DNA of 64,000 nt from a virus. A program made the position numbers and the translations under genes. The notes beneath the pieces are model-generated. The model was given only the letters and a program-made list of their open reading frames with translations. It was not told where the DNA came from and ran no database searches. Within the stretch, counting starts at the first letter, position 1, and the number at the start of each line of letters is the position of its first letter. The stretch is from positions 64,001-128,000 of the IMG/VR virus record IMGVR_UViG_3300045988_181536; one strand, written 5' to 3'. This document shows positions 28,056 through 38,438 of the stretch, one piece after another.

Positions 28056-28415
28056 ATGCCATTCTATGTTTTTCTAAATGATGCACTTACATTAATTTTA
28101 GTGCCTTATATTAAGGCATTACTTGGGATAAATTCTGAAGATGACCTCAACATAGAAATCGATACGGAACCTACACATCCTTATTACAGTGTTATAACGG
28201 TTAAAACATCAATTATGCCTGAAAATATACAAGAAATAAGATATATAGGTCGGATAACAGGAGCGATTGTAGAAAAAGAAACTAATAATGTTTTCGTATA
28301 TACTGGTTTTGATTTAAAGAAAGATGTTTCAGAAATAAACTATTGTTTCAAATTAAACAATATGCCAAATATTCGCGGTAATCCATTAACCATAAAATTT
28401 TTAAAAGATGAATAA
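28056..28415 (+). CDS. hypothetical protein
   Basis: 119-aa ORF. Confidence 0.45.
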   Translation: MPFYVFLNDALTLILVPYIKALLGINSEDDLNIEIDTEPTHPYYSVITVKTSIMPENIQEIRYIGRITGAIVEKETNNVFVYTGFDLKKDVSEINYCFKLNNMPNIRGNPLTIKFLKDE

Positions 28416-28644
28416 TAAAATAGATTGGAGATATATTAGAACACAACTCGCCAATAGCCTTAGTAACGAAAAAATTTGGAGCTTGGCGTGCGCAATTTCT
28501 TCCGAACCGAATGTACACGCAGAAAATTGCCAAAAATTAGAGCAAGCAATTGCCGACATAGATAGTGGTAGTTACGAGGATTTTGTACAAAAATTTCCGG
28601 AATATTTAGGGCTTGACCCTGCGACTGTGGTGAGTCATAGTTAA
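28408..28644 (+). CDS. hypothetical small protein
   Basis: 78-aa ORF overlapping the previous stop. Confidence 0.4.
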   Translation: MNNKIDWRYIRTQLANSLSNEKIWSLACAISSEPNVHAENCQKLEQAIADIDSGSYEDFVQKFPEYLGLDPATVVSHS

Positions 28645-28821
28645 ATTTCAAAATGGCTACCAGAAAACAAAACATGTCCAGCACGTATTTTTTGGAAAAC
28701 GCAAAAGTTATTTCCAAGGAAACTAATCCAAATATCTACTCCCGTGCCAGGCTAAGAGATATCTATCGCAAATACGATACTGCTAAATATCGTAGAGGTA
28801 GCCCTACAATTAAAGCAAAAG

Positions 28822-29433
28822 ATGCCTGAAGAACAGAAAGTTACTGTTAAATCCAAAGATTTAATTTTGGATATCCATTTGAATTTAAAAACTGCCAATA
28901 ATAAAAAGGTAGTTGCTGTGGAGCATAATATTCCGCTTACGGCAATATTAGAACCTATGTTTATAAAAGACGGCGCCAAAAAGATTGAGCAAATAGTAAA
29001 TATGCTAGGCGTTGAAGTTTTTAATACTATGGTTCGGGATTTCTTCCTTAATAAAGTTGAAGACATGCATAAAACGCAAAACTTTATTGAGCATAAGACA
29101 TTGATTGATACTATTCAAGATAACCAGTCTATAATTGAAATCAACAATGCTGATGGTTCTAAGGAACAAAAAGTTCTTGTAAAACCCGTGATTAGCGAAG
29201 AAACCAATCTTATTGTCGAGTTGGAAGAAACTGCAAATGAAGTACCTGATGAGTATCAATTAAATGACGGAGAAGAAAATTTGATTCCGGACATTGAAAT
29301 GACGGAACAACAGTTAACAGAAGTAAAACCGCCGGAATCAAAACCAAAACCGCCTAACGTTGTAACTAATGCGGCGTTAGGCGGAATAGTTGACAATAGT
29401 AGTAGACCATTGCCAAAAGTTCGACTTTCTTAA
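28822..29433 (+). CDS. hypothetical protein
   Basis: 203-aa ORF; terminator hairpin at 29445-29480. Confidence 0.5.
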   Translation: MPEEQKVTVKSKDLILDIHLNLKTANNKKVVAVEHNIPLTAILEPMFIKDGAKKIEQIVNMLGVEVFNTMVRDFFLNKVEDMHKTQNFIEHKTLIDTIQDNQSIIEINNADGSKEQKVLVKPVISEETNLIVELEETANEVPDEYQLNDGEENLIPDIEMTEQQLTEVKPPESKPKPPNVVTNAALGGIVDNSSRPLPKVRLS

Positions 29434-29444
29434 ACATTAAAACA

Positions 29445-29480
29445 ATTTAACCCAAACTCCGACAAACCGTCGGAGTTTAA
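29445..29480 (+). terminator. rho-independent terminator
   Basis: aaactccgac / gtcggagttt stem followed by aatttttt. Confidence 0.6.
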
Positions 29481-29492
29481 TTTTTTACCAAC

Positions 29493-29789
29493 ATGCCTAT
29501 ACTAACCAGCCAATTGCCAACTTTGTATAAAAACGACTATTGCGTATTAAAGGGACAATTTTTTCGTCCAAATGAAGCGTTTCCTTCTAATACCATGCAA
29601 ACGGCTTTAATTGTAAAAATTATAGATCCATCCAATATAAAAATGTTTGAAGGCAGAAAATACGTGAAATGTGCACCTTTGGAAACATCAAACGGTTTTT
29701 ACTATGCTTCAGTCAAAGACTTAACCAGGATATCTAAAAGACAACAAAATTGTCTTGATGAATATTTTTATAATATAGGGGACGATTAA
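29493..29789 (+). CDS. hypothetical protein
   Basis: 98-aa ORF. Confidence 0.45.
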   Translation: MPILTSQLPTLYKNDYCVLKGQFFRPNEAFPSNTMQTALIVKIIDPSNIKMFEGRKYVKCAPLETSNGFYYASVKDLTRISKRQQNCLDEYFYNIGDD

Positions 29790-29890
29790 AATAAATTCAA
29801 ATGTTCCGTATGCCGTTTTTGCTTCAAAAGACAAAGCCGATTTAGTTATTAAATTGTTAAATTATTAAACACAAAGAAACCCTGACAACT

Positions 29891-30454
29891 ATGCTCTCTA
29901 AACCCCAAAAACGATTAGAACTTAAGATTGCATGTTTTAAGGATACTGTGCTTGCAATGCAAATTCTTAGGCACGCAAACATACGTGAAAGTTCTAAACA
30001 TCTAAAAGTTACCAAAATTCCAGGACTTGCAACACCTGATGTACAGCTTGTCCATAACATAAATGAATTAGAAATCGACGAAAACGATTATAGTTATAAT
30101 CCCGTTTTTAATCTACATTTAATAAAGTTTACTAGCACTTTACACCGTAGAAACTACATAGATAATTTTATCTTTTGGTTAAGCAAAGAACAATTCAGTT
30201 TGAATGAACCTGGGAAATTAGAAGTCGGCAAACCTTGCTTGGTTCGGTATGAAGGTAAGCCTTACTGGGTAAAGGAGATTCTTCTTGCTATGCTGCCTGA
30301 AAGTAAATGTGACCGTTTTATTACGTGTGATCGTTTGGATTCATGGCGTTGGGAATCCTGGAGTGAGGACCACATTATGCCAATAAATTGCATTGATCCA
30401 AAAATATATCCGGGTAATAGATACGTTTGGGAGATGGACTTAAAAACTGAATAA
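29891..30454 (+). CDS. paralog-family protein, copy 2 (divergent)
   Basis: LELKIACFKDTVLAMQILRHAN .. C-terminal PGNRYVWEMDLKTE. Confidence 0.55.
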   Translation: MLSKPQKRLELKIACFKDTVLAMQILRHANIRESSKHLKVTKIPGLATPDVQLVHNINELEIDENDYSYNPVFNLHLIKFTSTLHRRNYIDNFIFWLSKEQFSLNEPGKLEVGKPCLVRYEGKPYWVKEILLAMLPESKCDRFITCDRLDSWRWESWSEDHIMPINCIDPKIYPGNRYVWEMDLKTE

Positions 30455-30462
30455 TATCAACT

Positions 30463-30957
30463 ATGCAGAAGAAATTACATTTGAAACTGATAAAACTTAA
30501 ACGGGCCCTTGTAATGCAGGTATTAGAGCAAGAGGGAGAGTTTGAACCCTCGGAGCATGTTGACACAGTTCTAACCCCCGGATTAAGTTGTGATAGGATT
30601 TATCTTAGAGGAAGTCGTCAAGATCGTGATTTGGAACCAAATATAATGACTTTTGATACTGATGTTCAACGTGATGTATACCTAGACAAAGTTATCAATT
30701 GGATCACTAATGAACAGTTTAAACTGGAATCAAAAGAGCTCCAAGTAGGTGAAATATGCGAAACCAAATATTCCTTTTCAGACGTATGGGAACAACACAG
30801 ATTGTTAGCCATACTACCTAAGAAATGTTTTAATAGGTACATAACGACCTATAATAATTCTCAAGGTTGGTTAGCTTGGGAGCAAGCAAGACCTTTGGTC
30901 AGATACATTAAACCAAAAATTAGTAATAATATATACAAGTGGGAGATGTCTTTTTAA
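30463..30957 (+). CDS. paralog-family protein, copy 3
   Basis: LKLIKLKRALVMQVLEQEGEFEPSEH .. ARPLVRYIKPKISNNIYKWEMSF. Confidence 0.6.
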   Translation: MQKKLHLKLIKLKRALVMQVLEQEGEFEPSEHVDTVLTPGLSCDRIYLRGSRQDRDLEPNIMTFDTDVQRDVYLDKVINWITNEQFKLESKELQVGEICETKYSFSDVWEQHRLLAILPKKCFNRYITTYNNSQGWLAWEQARPLVRYIKPKISNNIYKWEMSF

Positions 30958-31142
30958 TGGAAGCTTGGGAAATCGTAAGAGATTTAATGTCGCTAAACGA
31001 TAAGCACTTAGACTCAACTATTGAGACATACGAGTCGCTAAGAGAAAATAATCCTAGGTGCGATGCTATTTATCGCGCGGCTTTAAAAATAAAAGAACAA
31101 AGAGAAGAAGATAAATATGAGCAAAAAACTACTAAAAATTAG
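30939..31142 (+). CDS. hypothetical small protein
   Basis: 67-aa ORF between paralogs. Confidence 0.35.
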   Translation: MGDVFLMEAWEIVRDLMSLNDKHLDSTIETYESLRENNPRCDAIYRAALKIKEQREEDKYEQKTTKN

Positions 31143-31635
31143 ATTTGTCCTTTTTGATTGCGCGCTTGCGATGCAAATTTTAGAGCAAGAAGGAGATTTT
31201 GAAGACTCCGAACACATTAAAATATCCGATAGACCTTGGTTATATAATAATGAGATTCATCTAAGAGGGGATGACTCTGACGGAAATAAAAGAGTTGTAA
31301 TACAAGAATTTGATAACAATCAAGATCGAAACAAACATCTTGCACAAATTTTAGTATGGATACGTAATGAACAATTTGCCAATAGATTTATTAAAAATCT
31401 TGCAATCGGAAAATGTTGCGAAGTACGCAACAAAGATTCCGATAAATGGGAAGTTGGAGAATTATTGGCAATTTTGCCTGAAAATTATAAGAAACGTTAT
31501 GTTGTATCAGATCCTAAGCCCGTATTGAGTGACGATGAACCTACATGGCAAGTTTGGGAGGAAGCTCGTCCTATAGAACGCGGCTTTACATTTACACAAG
31601 AAACCGAAGACACCTATGTTTGGGAACTTTCTTAA
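31117..31635 (+). CDS. paralog-family protein, copy 4
   Basis: LKIRFVLFDCALAMQILEQEGDFEDSEH .. ARPIERGFTFTQETEDTYVWELS. Confidence 0.6.
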   Translation: MSKKLLKIRFVLFDCALAMQILEQEGDFEDSEHIKISDRPWLYNNEIHLRGDDSDGNKRVVIQEFDNNQDRNKHLAQILVWIRNEQFANRFIKNLAIGKCCEVRNKDSDKWEVGELLAILPENYKKRYVVSDPKPVLSDDEPTWQVWEEARPIERGFTFTQETEDTYVWELS

Positions 31636-31650
31636 AAAGCTGACAAATTT

Positions 31651-32790
31651 ATGAACCTAATTTTAACTTCCGATTGGCATCTTGGATTACAACAATATGG
31701 AGATCCAAGACGTGAAAACGACGTTTATAATGCGGCAAAATTTATTATCGATTTTGCTATAAATTCCAAATATCCAATTTTATTGGCAGGGGATATTTTA
31801 GATAGTTGTAATCCCGTTGAAAAGGCTGTAAGCGAACTGAAGGATTTGCATTTAAAGTTAGTTGAAGCTAATATACCTGCATTTTATATAAATGGGAATC
31901 ACGATAATACTTCTGAACATTGGCTTAATGTGGTTAGCAGACCATCCGATAAGGGAGGGTTTATAGAGCTAAAACCAAATCAATCTGTTACAATTAATAA
32001 TGAAGTTATTGTTGGGATTACAGCGTATTCTCGAAAAGAGATCATAGAACAGTTGGCTGAGGCTCCGCAAAATGCAACCATTATTCTGATGCATACGAGA
32101 TGCAAAGAATTTATTCAATACAATGACAAAACTACAAATTATTGGAGCATAGAAGAAGATTTTAATTTTGATAGATTTCCCAATCTAAAATTAGTCGTTA
32201 TAGGCGATACGCATGTTACAGAAACTAAAGCTGTAAACGGCGTAACTTTTATTTCTCCTGGTTCAATAGAACTGGTTAAGGCAAATGAAGATATAAAAAA
32301 ATATTTCTTTGTTTTTGATACCGATAAACGTATGTATGATCCTGTAGAAATATTCTGCGATTATGTACGCATTAGATCTGAACTTATTTGCAACGAACAA
32401 GACCTTGATAATCTAATCGCTACCTTAACCCGATACGGTGTAAATCAAAAGGGTACTAGGGCATTTATAATTGTATATTATAAACCTGAAGTGGAAAACG
32501 TGTTATCAAGAATCAACGATTTAATTGTAGAAAATAAAGAAAACGTTATTTTGCAAAGCATTGTAAAAACCAAAAAGATTACATTTTCCGAAGAAGATGT
32601 AAAAGATGTTGCAAAAGAACAAGTTGAAAATTTAGACAATATTTTATCCTTGCCCGATTTTGTAAGTAAAAGCCTAAATGATATGCAAAATCTGCGTTTA
32701 GGATTGACGGAAAAAGGCGCCGAGTTATTGCAATCTTTAGTAGATAAAAACAACAATTCTGAAGAAGCTATAAACAAATACTTAAACTAA
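31651..32790 (+). CDS. Mre11/SbcD-family recombination nuclease (T4 gp47-like)
   Basis: Calcineurin-like phosphoesterase motifs LTSDWHLG, AGDILD, GNHD, HT..., GD.H. Confidence 0.75.
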   Translation: MNLILTSDWHLGLQQYGDPRRENDVYNAAKFIIDFAINSKYPILLAGDILDSCNPVEKAVSELKDLHLKLVEANIPAFYINGNHDNTSEHWLNVVSRPSDKGGFIELKPNQSVTINNEVIVGITAYSRKEIIEQLAEAPQNATIILMHTRCKEFIQYNDKTTNYWSIEEDFNFDRFPNLKLVVIGDTHVTETKAVNGVTFISPGSIELVKANEDIKKYFFVFDTDKRMYDPVEIFCDYVRIRSELICNEQDLDNLIATLTRYGVNQKGTRAFIIVYYKPEVENVLSRINDLIVENKENVILQSIVKTKKITFSEEDVKDVAKEQVENLDNILSLPDFVSKSLNDMQNLRLGLTEKGAELLQSLVDKNNNSEEAINKYLN

Positions 32791-32797
32791 CTTTACC

Positions 32798-33709
32798 ATG
32801 CTAAAAATTTATCAAAACAAACCTGTTGATTTAGAACTGGCTACAGATTTTCTAAGATCTGTCGTACTTAAAATTAAAACAGCGCCGGACTTTAAACGTT
32901 GTTTGCCCTTTAATGAAAATAACGTGGCAGTGGGCAACCTAAAAGACCCTGAAAAGATTGCCGCGAAAATTGCAGCAGCAAAAGAGAGTTACGCTTCAGA
33001 AGGTGCACTACTTGGCGTTACAGGAAGAATAGCCAGTATAACAGTAATGTGCACGTACTGCGGCGGGGCTGTTACATTTAAGTCTTTTGTAACGGACAAT
33101 GTGGGAATTGCTGGAAACGAAGAGGAGTTGGATAATCAAGAAAGGATTATGTTAACCAAGTTTTTTGACATATGCAAAAGACTTGGCGACGAGGCGATTA
33201 ACTCAAATGTGCCGGTAAATCTGATTTCTTGGGGCGGTTCTTCTTTTGATATTCCGTTTTTATTGCAAAGAAGTTGCATATTGAAAGTATATGATGTTTA
33301 TAAGCAAACATTTATACCTAATATGGAACAATTTTACTATTTAGGTAAAAACCGTGGGGTAGAAGGTAATGTCCGTCAAATCGACTTAATGGACTTTTGG
33401 AATTGCAGCAAATATTACAGCCCGCTTAAAAAGACAACATTGCAACAATTAGCTTATTCGTTCGGATATCTGGAAAATGCTGTGTTGCCTGAAGTTATTG
33501 GACGTAGTGAAATGAGGATAGGTGAAGGTGAGACCGCAATGGATAATATTATTTCTGAAAAAACGTATAAAGATTTTTGTGAAGACTTTAAAAACGGTAT
33601 TGACCAAATCGAATTATCAAAAAGTATTGTACAAGGTGAGAGCCTTAAACAACTTTATCCTCTTCTTGAAACTTACATAATTCAACAACTTGCGGACCAA
33701 ATAATCTAA
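32798..33709 (+). CDS. hypothetical protein, possible RNaseH-fold exonuclease
   Basis: SWGGSSFDIPFLLQR-type segment; weak. Confidence 0.4.
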   Translation: MLKIYQNKPVDLELATDFLRSVVLKIKTAPDFKRCLPFNENNVAVGNLKDPEKIAAKIAAAKESYASEGALLGVTGRIASITVMCTYCGGAVTFKSFVTDNVGIAGNEEELDNQERIMLTKFFDICKRLGDEAINSNVPVNLISWGGSSFDIPFLLQRSCILKVYDVYKQTFIPNMEQFYYLGKNRGVEGNVRQIDLMDFWNCSKYYSPLKKTTLQQLAYSFGYLENAVLPEVIGRSEMRIGEGETAMDNIISEKTYKDFCEDFKNGIDQIELSKSIVQGESLKQLYPLLETYIIQQLADQII

Positions 33710-33711
33710 AT

Positions 33712-34320
33712 ATGTCACGTCCCAAAGGTTCAAAAAATAAACCCAAATTAAAAAATATTATTGCTGAAGAAATACTTCAGGATACCACAGGGCGCAAGAA
33801 ACGCGGACGTAAATCATCTCGTGAAAAGATTGCGATTCCTGTGGTAAATACTAATACTGCTGCGATTAAGTTAAATGTGACATCCAAGGTTCAAGCCTTA
33901 AAAGAGGATTCGGAAAAGCCCAAGCGCAAGCGTCGCACAAAAGCGGAAATGCAGCAAGCCAGGCAGCTTCAAGAATCTTCCGAAGTAATCACAGATAAAC
34001 AAAAATCGCAGCAGTCACTAAAGAAGGTTTTGCCGAAACTTGAAATCGGCAAACCTTTATTTTATTTTGATCAATATTTGCTTACAAAATTTGACAACAA
34101 CAATTTTGCGCTTTGGTTAACTAATAAAAAAGATCGCCAAGTATTTTTAGGATATTATTCCTTGGATATCATCGGATTTAAACAAGCTGTAACCAATATC
34201 GCAACTAGATTGCTGACAAAAGTTGATGACGATTCATACAAATCCCTATTAAGCGCCAATAGCGTATTAAAAGCTTTAGATTTGTTTAGGGTATTTTTAG
34301 ACACAAACTTTAAATCATAA
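33712..34320 (+). CDS. basic DNA-binding-like protein (AT-hook-like N-terminus)
   Basis: SRPKGSKNKPK..GRKKRGRKSSREK..KPKRKRRTKAE. Confidence 0.45.
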   Translation: MSRPKGSKNKPKLKNIIAEEILQDTTGRKKRGRKSSREKIAIPVVNTNTAAIKLNVTSKVQALKEDSEKPKRKRRTKAEMQQARQLQESSEVITDKQKSQQSLKKVLPKLEIGKPLFYFDQYLLTKFDNNNFALWLTNKKDRQVFLGYYSLDIIGFKQAVTNIATRLLTKVDDDSYKSLLSANSVLKALDLFRVFLDTNFKS

Positions 34321-34331
34321 ATATATGTATA

Positions 34332-34598
34332 ATGGACACTTATGATTTAATAGATAACCTTAGTGTCTATAGACATCTGCAATTTCCAAGAGAGATAATT
34401 AAAAATCCCAAAGTAATTATAAAAGTTAAAAATAAATTAACAAATGCTATATATTTTTTTGGATGTGCTACAATGCCATTAAAAAAAGAACTTGAAGAAT
34501 TTTTTCTGCCCATAGCACTTTGGGAGGAAGAACGTTATAACTCTTTGGAATTTGAAATGAAAAACTACCAATATCAAGTTTTAACTATCAACAAATAA
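34332..34598 (+). CDS. hypothetical small protein
   Basis: 88-aa ORF. Confidence 0.4.
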   Translation: MDTYDLIDNLSVYRHLQFPREIIKNPKVIIKVKNKLTNAIYFFGCATMPLKKELEEFFLPIALWEEERYNSLEFEMKNYQYQVLTINK

Positions 34599-34618
34599 CA
34601 ACCAGCACCAAAATTTTT

Positions 34619-35125
34619 ATGACTAAAAAATTAAAATTGGCCTTTTGGCTAACAGATAAAACCCTAGCTATGAAAATAGAGGAACAAGCCGGTTTGCCCC
34701 ATTTTAAAGAAACAGGGTTTGTGAGAATTAAAAGTTCACCTTATCTTGAAGATTGGGGGATTTACCTAAGGGGCAATTACTGGGCTGCTGATAATCAAGT
34801 TGTATCAAAATGTTTTATCAGCAACGAAGAGCGCGACGCCTATTTGCATAAGGTTATTAATGCAATCACGGACGAGCTTTTCACGGGCGAAGGAGAATTG
34901 AAAGTTGGTGAGATGTGCGAGGTGAAAGATGGGGAAGTTGGCGATTGGGAAAAAAGGAAGCTCATAGCAGTTCTTCCAGCGCAATACAGAGAGCGATTCA
35001 TTGTTGAATGGGAGGATTGCCCTACTGAGCACGCTTCTTGGACTTACGCCCGCCCAATAGCTAAGCACACAGAACCCACCGTTGAGGAGTGCGGAAACGT
35101 AGTCACCTACATTTGGGAAAAATAA
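34619..35125 (+). CDS. paralog-family protein, copy 5
   Basis: LKLAFWLTDKTLAMKIEEQAGLPHF .. ARPIAKHTEPTVEECGNVVTYIWEK. Confidence 0.6.
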   Translation: MTKKLKLAFWLTDKTLAMKIEEQAGLPHFKETGFVRIKSSPYLEDWGIYLRGNYWAADNQVVSKCFISNEERDAYLHKVINAITDELFTGEGELKVGEMCEVKDGEVGDWEKRKLIAVLPAQYRERFIVEWEDCPTEHASWTYARPIAKHTEPTVEECGNVVTYIWEK

Positions 35126-35127
35126 AT

Positions 35128-37722
35128 ATGATAATAAAATCTTTACATTTAAAAAACTTCGGACAACATTCCGATTTATTTTTGGATATTAAAGGTCCTG
35201 TAATAGGCATAGTGGGGCGTAATGGATCTGGTAAATCGACTATTGTTTCTGCTTTGCAATATGCATTTACCGGAGAAACTACCAATAATATTCAAACGTA
35301 TATTAAAAAAGGCGAAACTTCCGCCGAAGTAGAAGTTATATTTGAGAAAAACGGTAAAACAGGCGTTATTAGACGTGGCATTAATACCAGAACTACTACC
35401 AGAAGTCTGACCTATGGTGATCTTATTCAAAAGCCTATTACTAAAGCTAAAGAATTTGACGCCATGATGGATCAAATTTTGGGAGTAGATAAACAAAATA
35501 TCTTAAGCGCTATATTTATTGCGCAAGGAGAAATTGCCAATATTCTTAGTCCGAGACTTTCGGAACGACTGGGCTTGTTTGCCAAATTGTTAAATTTAAA
35601 TTTCTTGTCCAAAAGATCTTACGTAGTTGACCAGACTTTAAATAAACTGAGATCTTCCGTTACAGATGTTGGCAGTTTAAAAAATAATTTGGAAGTTAAA
35701 ATTGAAAATTTAAAATCCAAAAACGAAGCCTGGGAATCTGCAGTTCAGGAAGCAAATGCGAAATATGTTAGCGCAACCTTTGTCAAAGATATATGGGAAT
35801 CCGCATCAAATTATATTCATGCTCAAAATGAGCATACACGATGGGAAACTAAATATCAAGAAGCATTAGCAACTCTTGTTGAACAAAAAAATAAGCTAAC
35901 CTCTGTAGCTGCAATTGCAGGGGTAGATGAATCTACGCTTATTCCTAGTATTACGACACAAATCGAAAGCTTAGAAAGTCAATTTAACGAAATAAGCGCA
36001 TTTTTAAAAAATCAACAGCTGATTATTGACGCTTGGAATAATTTAGTTTCAGCCAGAGAAGAAAATAAAATATTTAACCAGCTAAAGACCACGGTGTTTG
36101 CTGACGTACCACCTGACGTTGTGGAAACGACTGTGAGTGAATTTGACGAGTATCAAAACAACACAACCAAATTTGAAGATTGTTGCCTAAAATCCGAAAA
36201 GTGGAAAAACAAACTGTCTGAACTTGAGCAAGATATAAACAAAGCAACTTCCAAGATACAACAGGCAGAGGCCGCTATTCCTCGATTGGATCAACAAAGA
36301 AATAACTTGTGTTCAGTTGTGGCACAGCTAGAAACGCTGGCGAAAACCAAGCAGAAGCTAAAAGACAAGGTTAACAAAGATACTGCCAGCTGTCCTGTAT
36401 GCGGTCTAAAACTGATGCTTGGACAAGAGGTTTGTGATGGAGATATTGAAAGCATAAAACAAAATATTCAAACGCTTCAAACATCCCAGATTCAGCCCTT
36501 GGAAATACAGTTAAAAGAGGCAACTTCTCTAAAAGTAAACAATGGAGCTATCTTAAGAGTTTCAGAGCAAGAATTTAAGCGTATAAAAGCGGACTATGAT
36601 GAGTGCCAAACGCTTATGGTAGAACTGAAGTCTAAAATAGATGCTTATAAAAACGACTGGCCGAAAATTACACAAACTATTTACACAGTAAAAGAAAAGT
36701 TGCCTGAATATAAAGTGTTGTGGGAAAAAAATCAACGCAACACTTTGCAGGATATGATTGATCAAGTAACCAAAACCTTACAATCATTTAATCTTGATGA
36801 AAACAACATAGATGTCGTCAAATTAAAAGAAATTGTCAGCGCAAAAGAACAAGAACTGTCTAAGCTAAGGTCTGAAATATCTAATAAAAAAGATTTGTTA
36901 AGTAGGGCCACTACGATTACAGGGTCTATTTCTGCGCAGGAACAAGAAATATCTAAAACTCAAGAGACTATATCGCAGCTTAATCAAAATCTAAAAAATC
37001 ATAAGCTAAAACAAATACGCGATACACTTGAGCAAGATATAAAAAATGCCTATATTCTGGAAACGTTTAACCACTTCGTAATGATTCCTGAGGTGCAAAC
37101 AATTGCATCTGCAGCTGTGGATGTATATAATCAGCTAAATGCTGAAAAACAAGTCATTGATAATTTGCAGCAGCAGATTGACAATGATAAAAACTTGATC
37201 AATAAACTAGAAGCTGAGAATGCCAAGGTTTATGGTGAAGTTGAAGAATTGGCACGCATAAAGCAACTCTTGCAACCTCAAGACGGCGTAATTAAAAACT
37301 ATATCAATTATTTGTTTAAGTCGATTTCCGGATATATCAGCGAGTATTTGGCGTATATGAATGCCAACTTTATCATTCAAATTGAAGATAGAGCGACTGA
37401 AGAAGACTTGTCATTTAAGTTCCAAAGAATCGATAAGCCTAACGACAAATATTGGTACCCAATGTATCAATTGTCAGGTGGTCAAAAGATTAAGTTGTCC
37501 ATAGCGTTTCAATTAGCTATTCAGAAAATTATTTGCCCTGATTTAGGATTCTTGGTTTTAGATGAACCTACTACTCATTTAGATGAAGAATCCATAAAAG
37601 CGCTTAGCGAACTCTTGGAAAATGTCGGAAATATGTTAACCGGACAAAACGGTCAAGTATGGATCATTGATCATAACCATATCATAGACAAAGCATTTAC
37701 GACTGCAATTAACCTAGATTAG
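35128..37722 (+). CDS. Rad50/SbcC-family ATPase (T4 gp46-like)
   Basis: Walker A GRNGSGKST, long coiled coils with CPVCG zinc hook, signature LSGGQK, Walker B VLDEPTTHLD. Start taken at ATG 35128 (MIIKSLHLKNFG) rather than the upstream overlapping ATG. Confidence 0.8.
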   Translation: MIIKSLHLKNFGQHSDLFLDIKGPVIGIVGRNGSGKSTIVSALQYAFTGETTNNIQTYIKKGETSAEVEVIFEKNGKTGVIRRGINTRTTTRSLTYGDLIQKPITKAKEFDAMMDQILGVDKQNILSAIFIAQGEIANILSPRLSERLGLFAKLLNLNFLSKRSYVVDQTLNKLRSSVTDVGSLKNNLEVKIENLKSKNEAWESAVQEANAKYVSATFVKDIWESASNYIHAQNEHTRWETKYQEALATLVEQKNKLTSVAAIAGVDESTLIPSITTQIESLESQFNEISAFLKNQQLIIDAWNNLVSAREENKIFNQLKTTVFADVPPDVVETTVSEFDEYQNNTTKFEDCCLKSEKWKNKLSELEQDINKATSKIQQAEAAIPRLDQQRNNLCSVVAQLETLAKTKQKLKDKVNKDTASCPVCGLKLMLGQEVCDGDIESIKQNIQTLQTSQIQPLEIQLKEATSLKVNNGAILRVSEQEFKRIKADYDECQTLMVELKSKIDAYKNDWPKITQTIYTVKEKLPEYKVLWEKNQRNTLQDMIDQVTKTLQSFNLDENNIDVVKLKEIVSAKEQELSKLRSEISNKKDLLSRATTITGSISAQEQEISKTQETISQLNQNLKNHKLKQIRDTLEQDIKNAYILETFNHFVMIPEVQTIASAAVDVYNQLNAEKQVIDNLQQQIDNDKNLINKLEAENAKVYGEVEELARIKQLLQPQDGVIKNYINYLFKSISGYISEYLAYMNANFIIQIEDRATEEDLSFKFQRIDKPNDKYWYPMYQLSGGQKIKLSIAFQLAIQKIICPDLGFLVLDEPTTHLDEESIKALSELLENVGNMLTGQNGQVWIIDHNHIIDKAFTTAINLD

Positions 37723-37726
37723 CGAA

Positions 37727-38179
37727 ATGAAAACCGTACTGCAAGAAATTCGGCTTATTTCTCCATTCTTGGGTAGCGGTAAACCGGATGAAAACGGATT
37801 AAGGCGAATCTTGTTAAATAATGTCAAGAAAAACGAAGTTAAGTTATTCTTAACTTCGTTTCTTAATAATTTTAAAAAGCTTACTAATGTAACAATAGAT
37901 AAAAATTTTCAAATTTATCCTGGAATGGTTCCTTCTGATAGAAATGTTCCAGTATTGTTTGAACGAAAACAGATATATATTGACGGAAAAGAACAGTTGT
38001 TTGAAAGCTTACCTGTAGGTTATACCGGATACCTAAAAATCCAATATAACCCTAAAGTTTGGGATGAAACATATCTGTTAAACGGAATTAAAACTATTGC
38101 TAACCATAACGGCATTACGCAATTTGGTGCTAAGCAAGGTTATGGAAAATTCATATTCACCAACAAAAAATCACATTAA
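37727..38179 (+). CDS. hypothetical protein
   Basis: 150-aa ORF. Confidence 0.5.
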   Translation: MKTVLQEIRLISPFLGSGKPDENGLRRILLNNVKKNEVKLFLTSFLNNFKKLTNVTIDKNFQIYPGMVPSDRNVPVLFERKQIYIDGKEQLFESLPVGYTGYLKIQYNPKVWDETYLLNGIKTIANHNGITQFGAKQGYGKFIFTNKKSH

Positions 38180-38183
38180 ATAT

Positions 38184-38438
38184 ATGCCTAACATAAAAAT
38201 TCGTGTTAACAAATCTCAACCGCATTTTGATCTGAAACAAATGAGACGAGATCAATACATGCAATTTAAAGTGCAAGAAACTGTAAAGAATACTTGTAGG
38301 AGGCTTGCAAAGCAAGCTAATGTTAATCCTTTTACGGACAACTATGTCAATCAACCAAAGGTTACGATTAGCTTTGATCTCACAATATCACCATTTCAAA
38401 AATGCATGCAGAAATTTATTGGACAAATAACGATTTAA
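38184..38438 (+). CDS. hypothetical small protein
   Basis: Internal ATG MPNIKIRV; ORF-track start at 38097 overlaps the previous gene. Confidence 0.4.
   Translation: MPNIKIRVNKSQPHFDLKQMRRDQYMQFKVQETVKNTCRRLAKQANVNPFTDNYVNQPKVTISFDLTISPFQKCMQKFIGQITI

Noticed and set aside
35103-35496. Minus-strand ORFs overlapping the 5' end of the Rad50/SbcC gene
   Set aside because: Antisense to a gene with a strong Walker A at this position.
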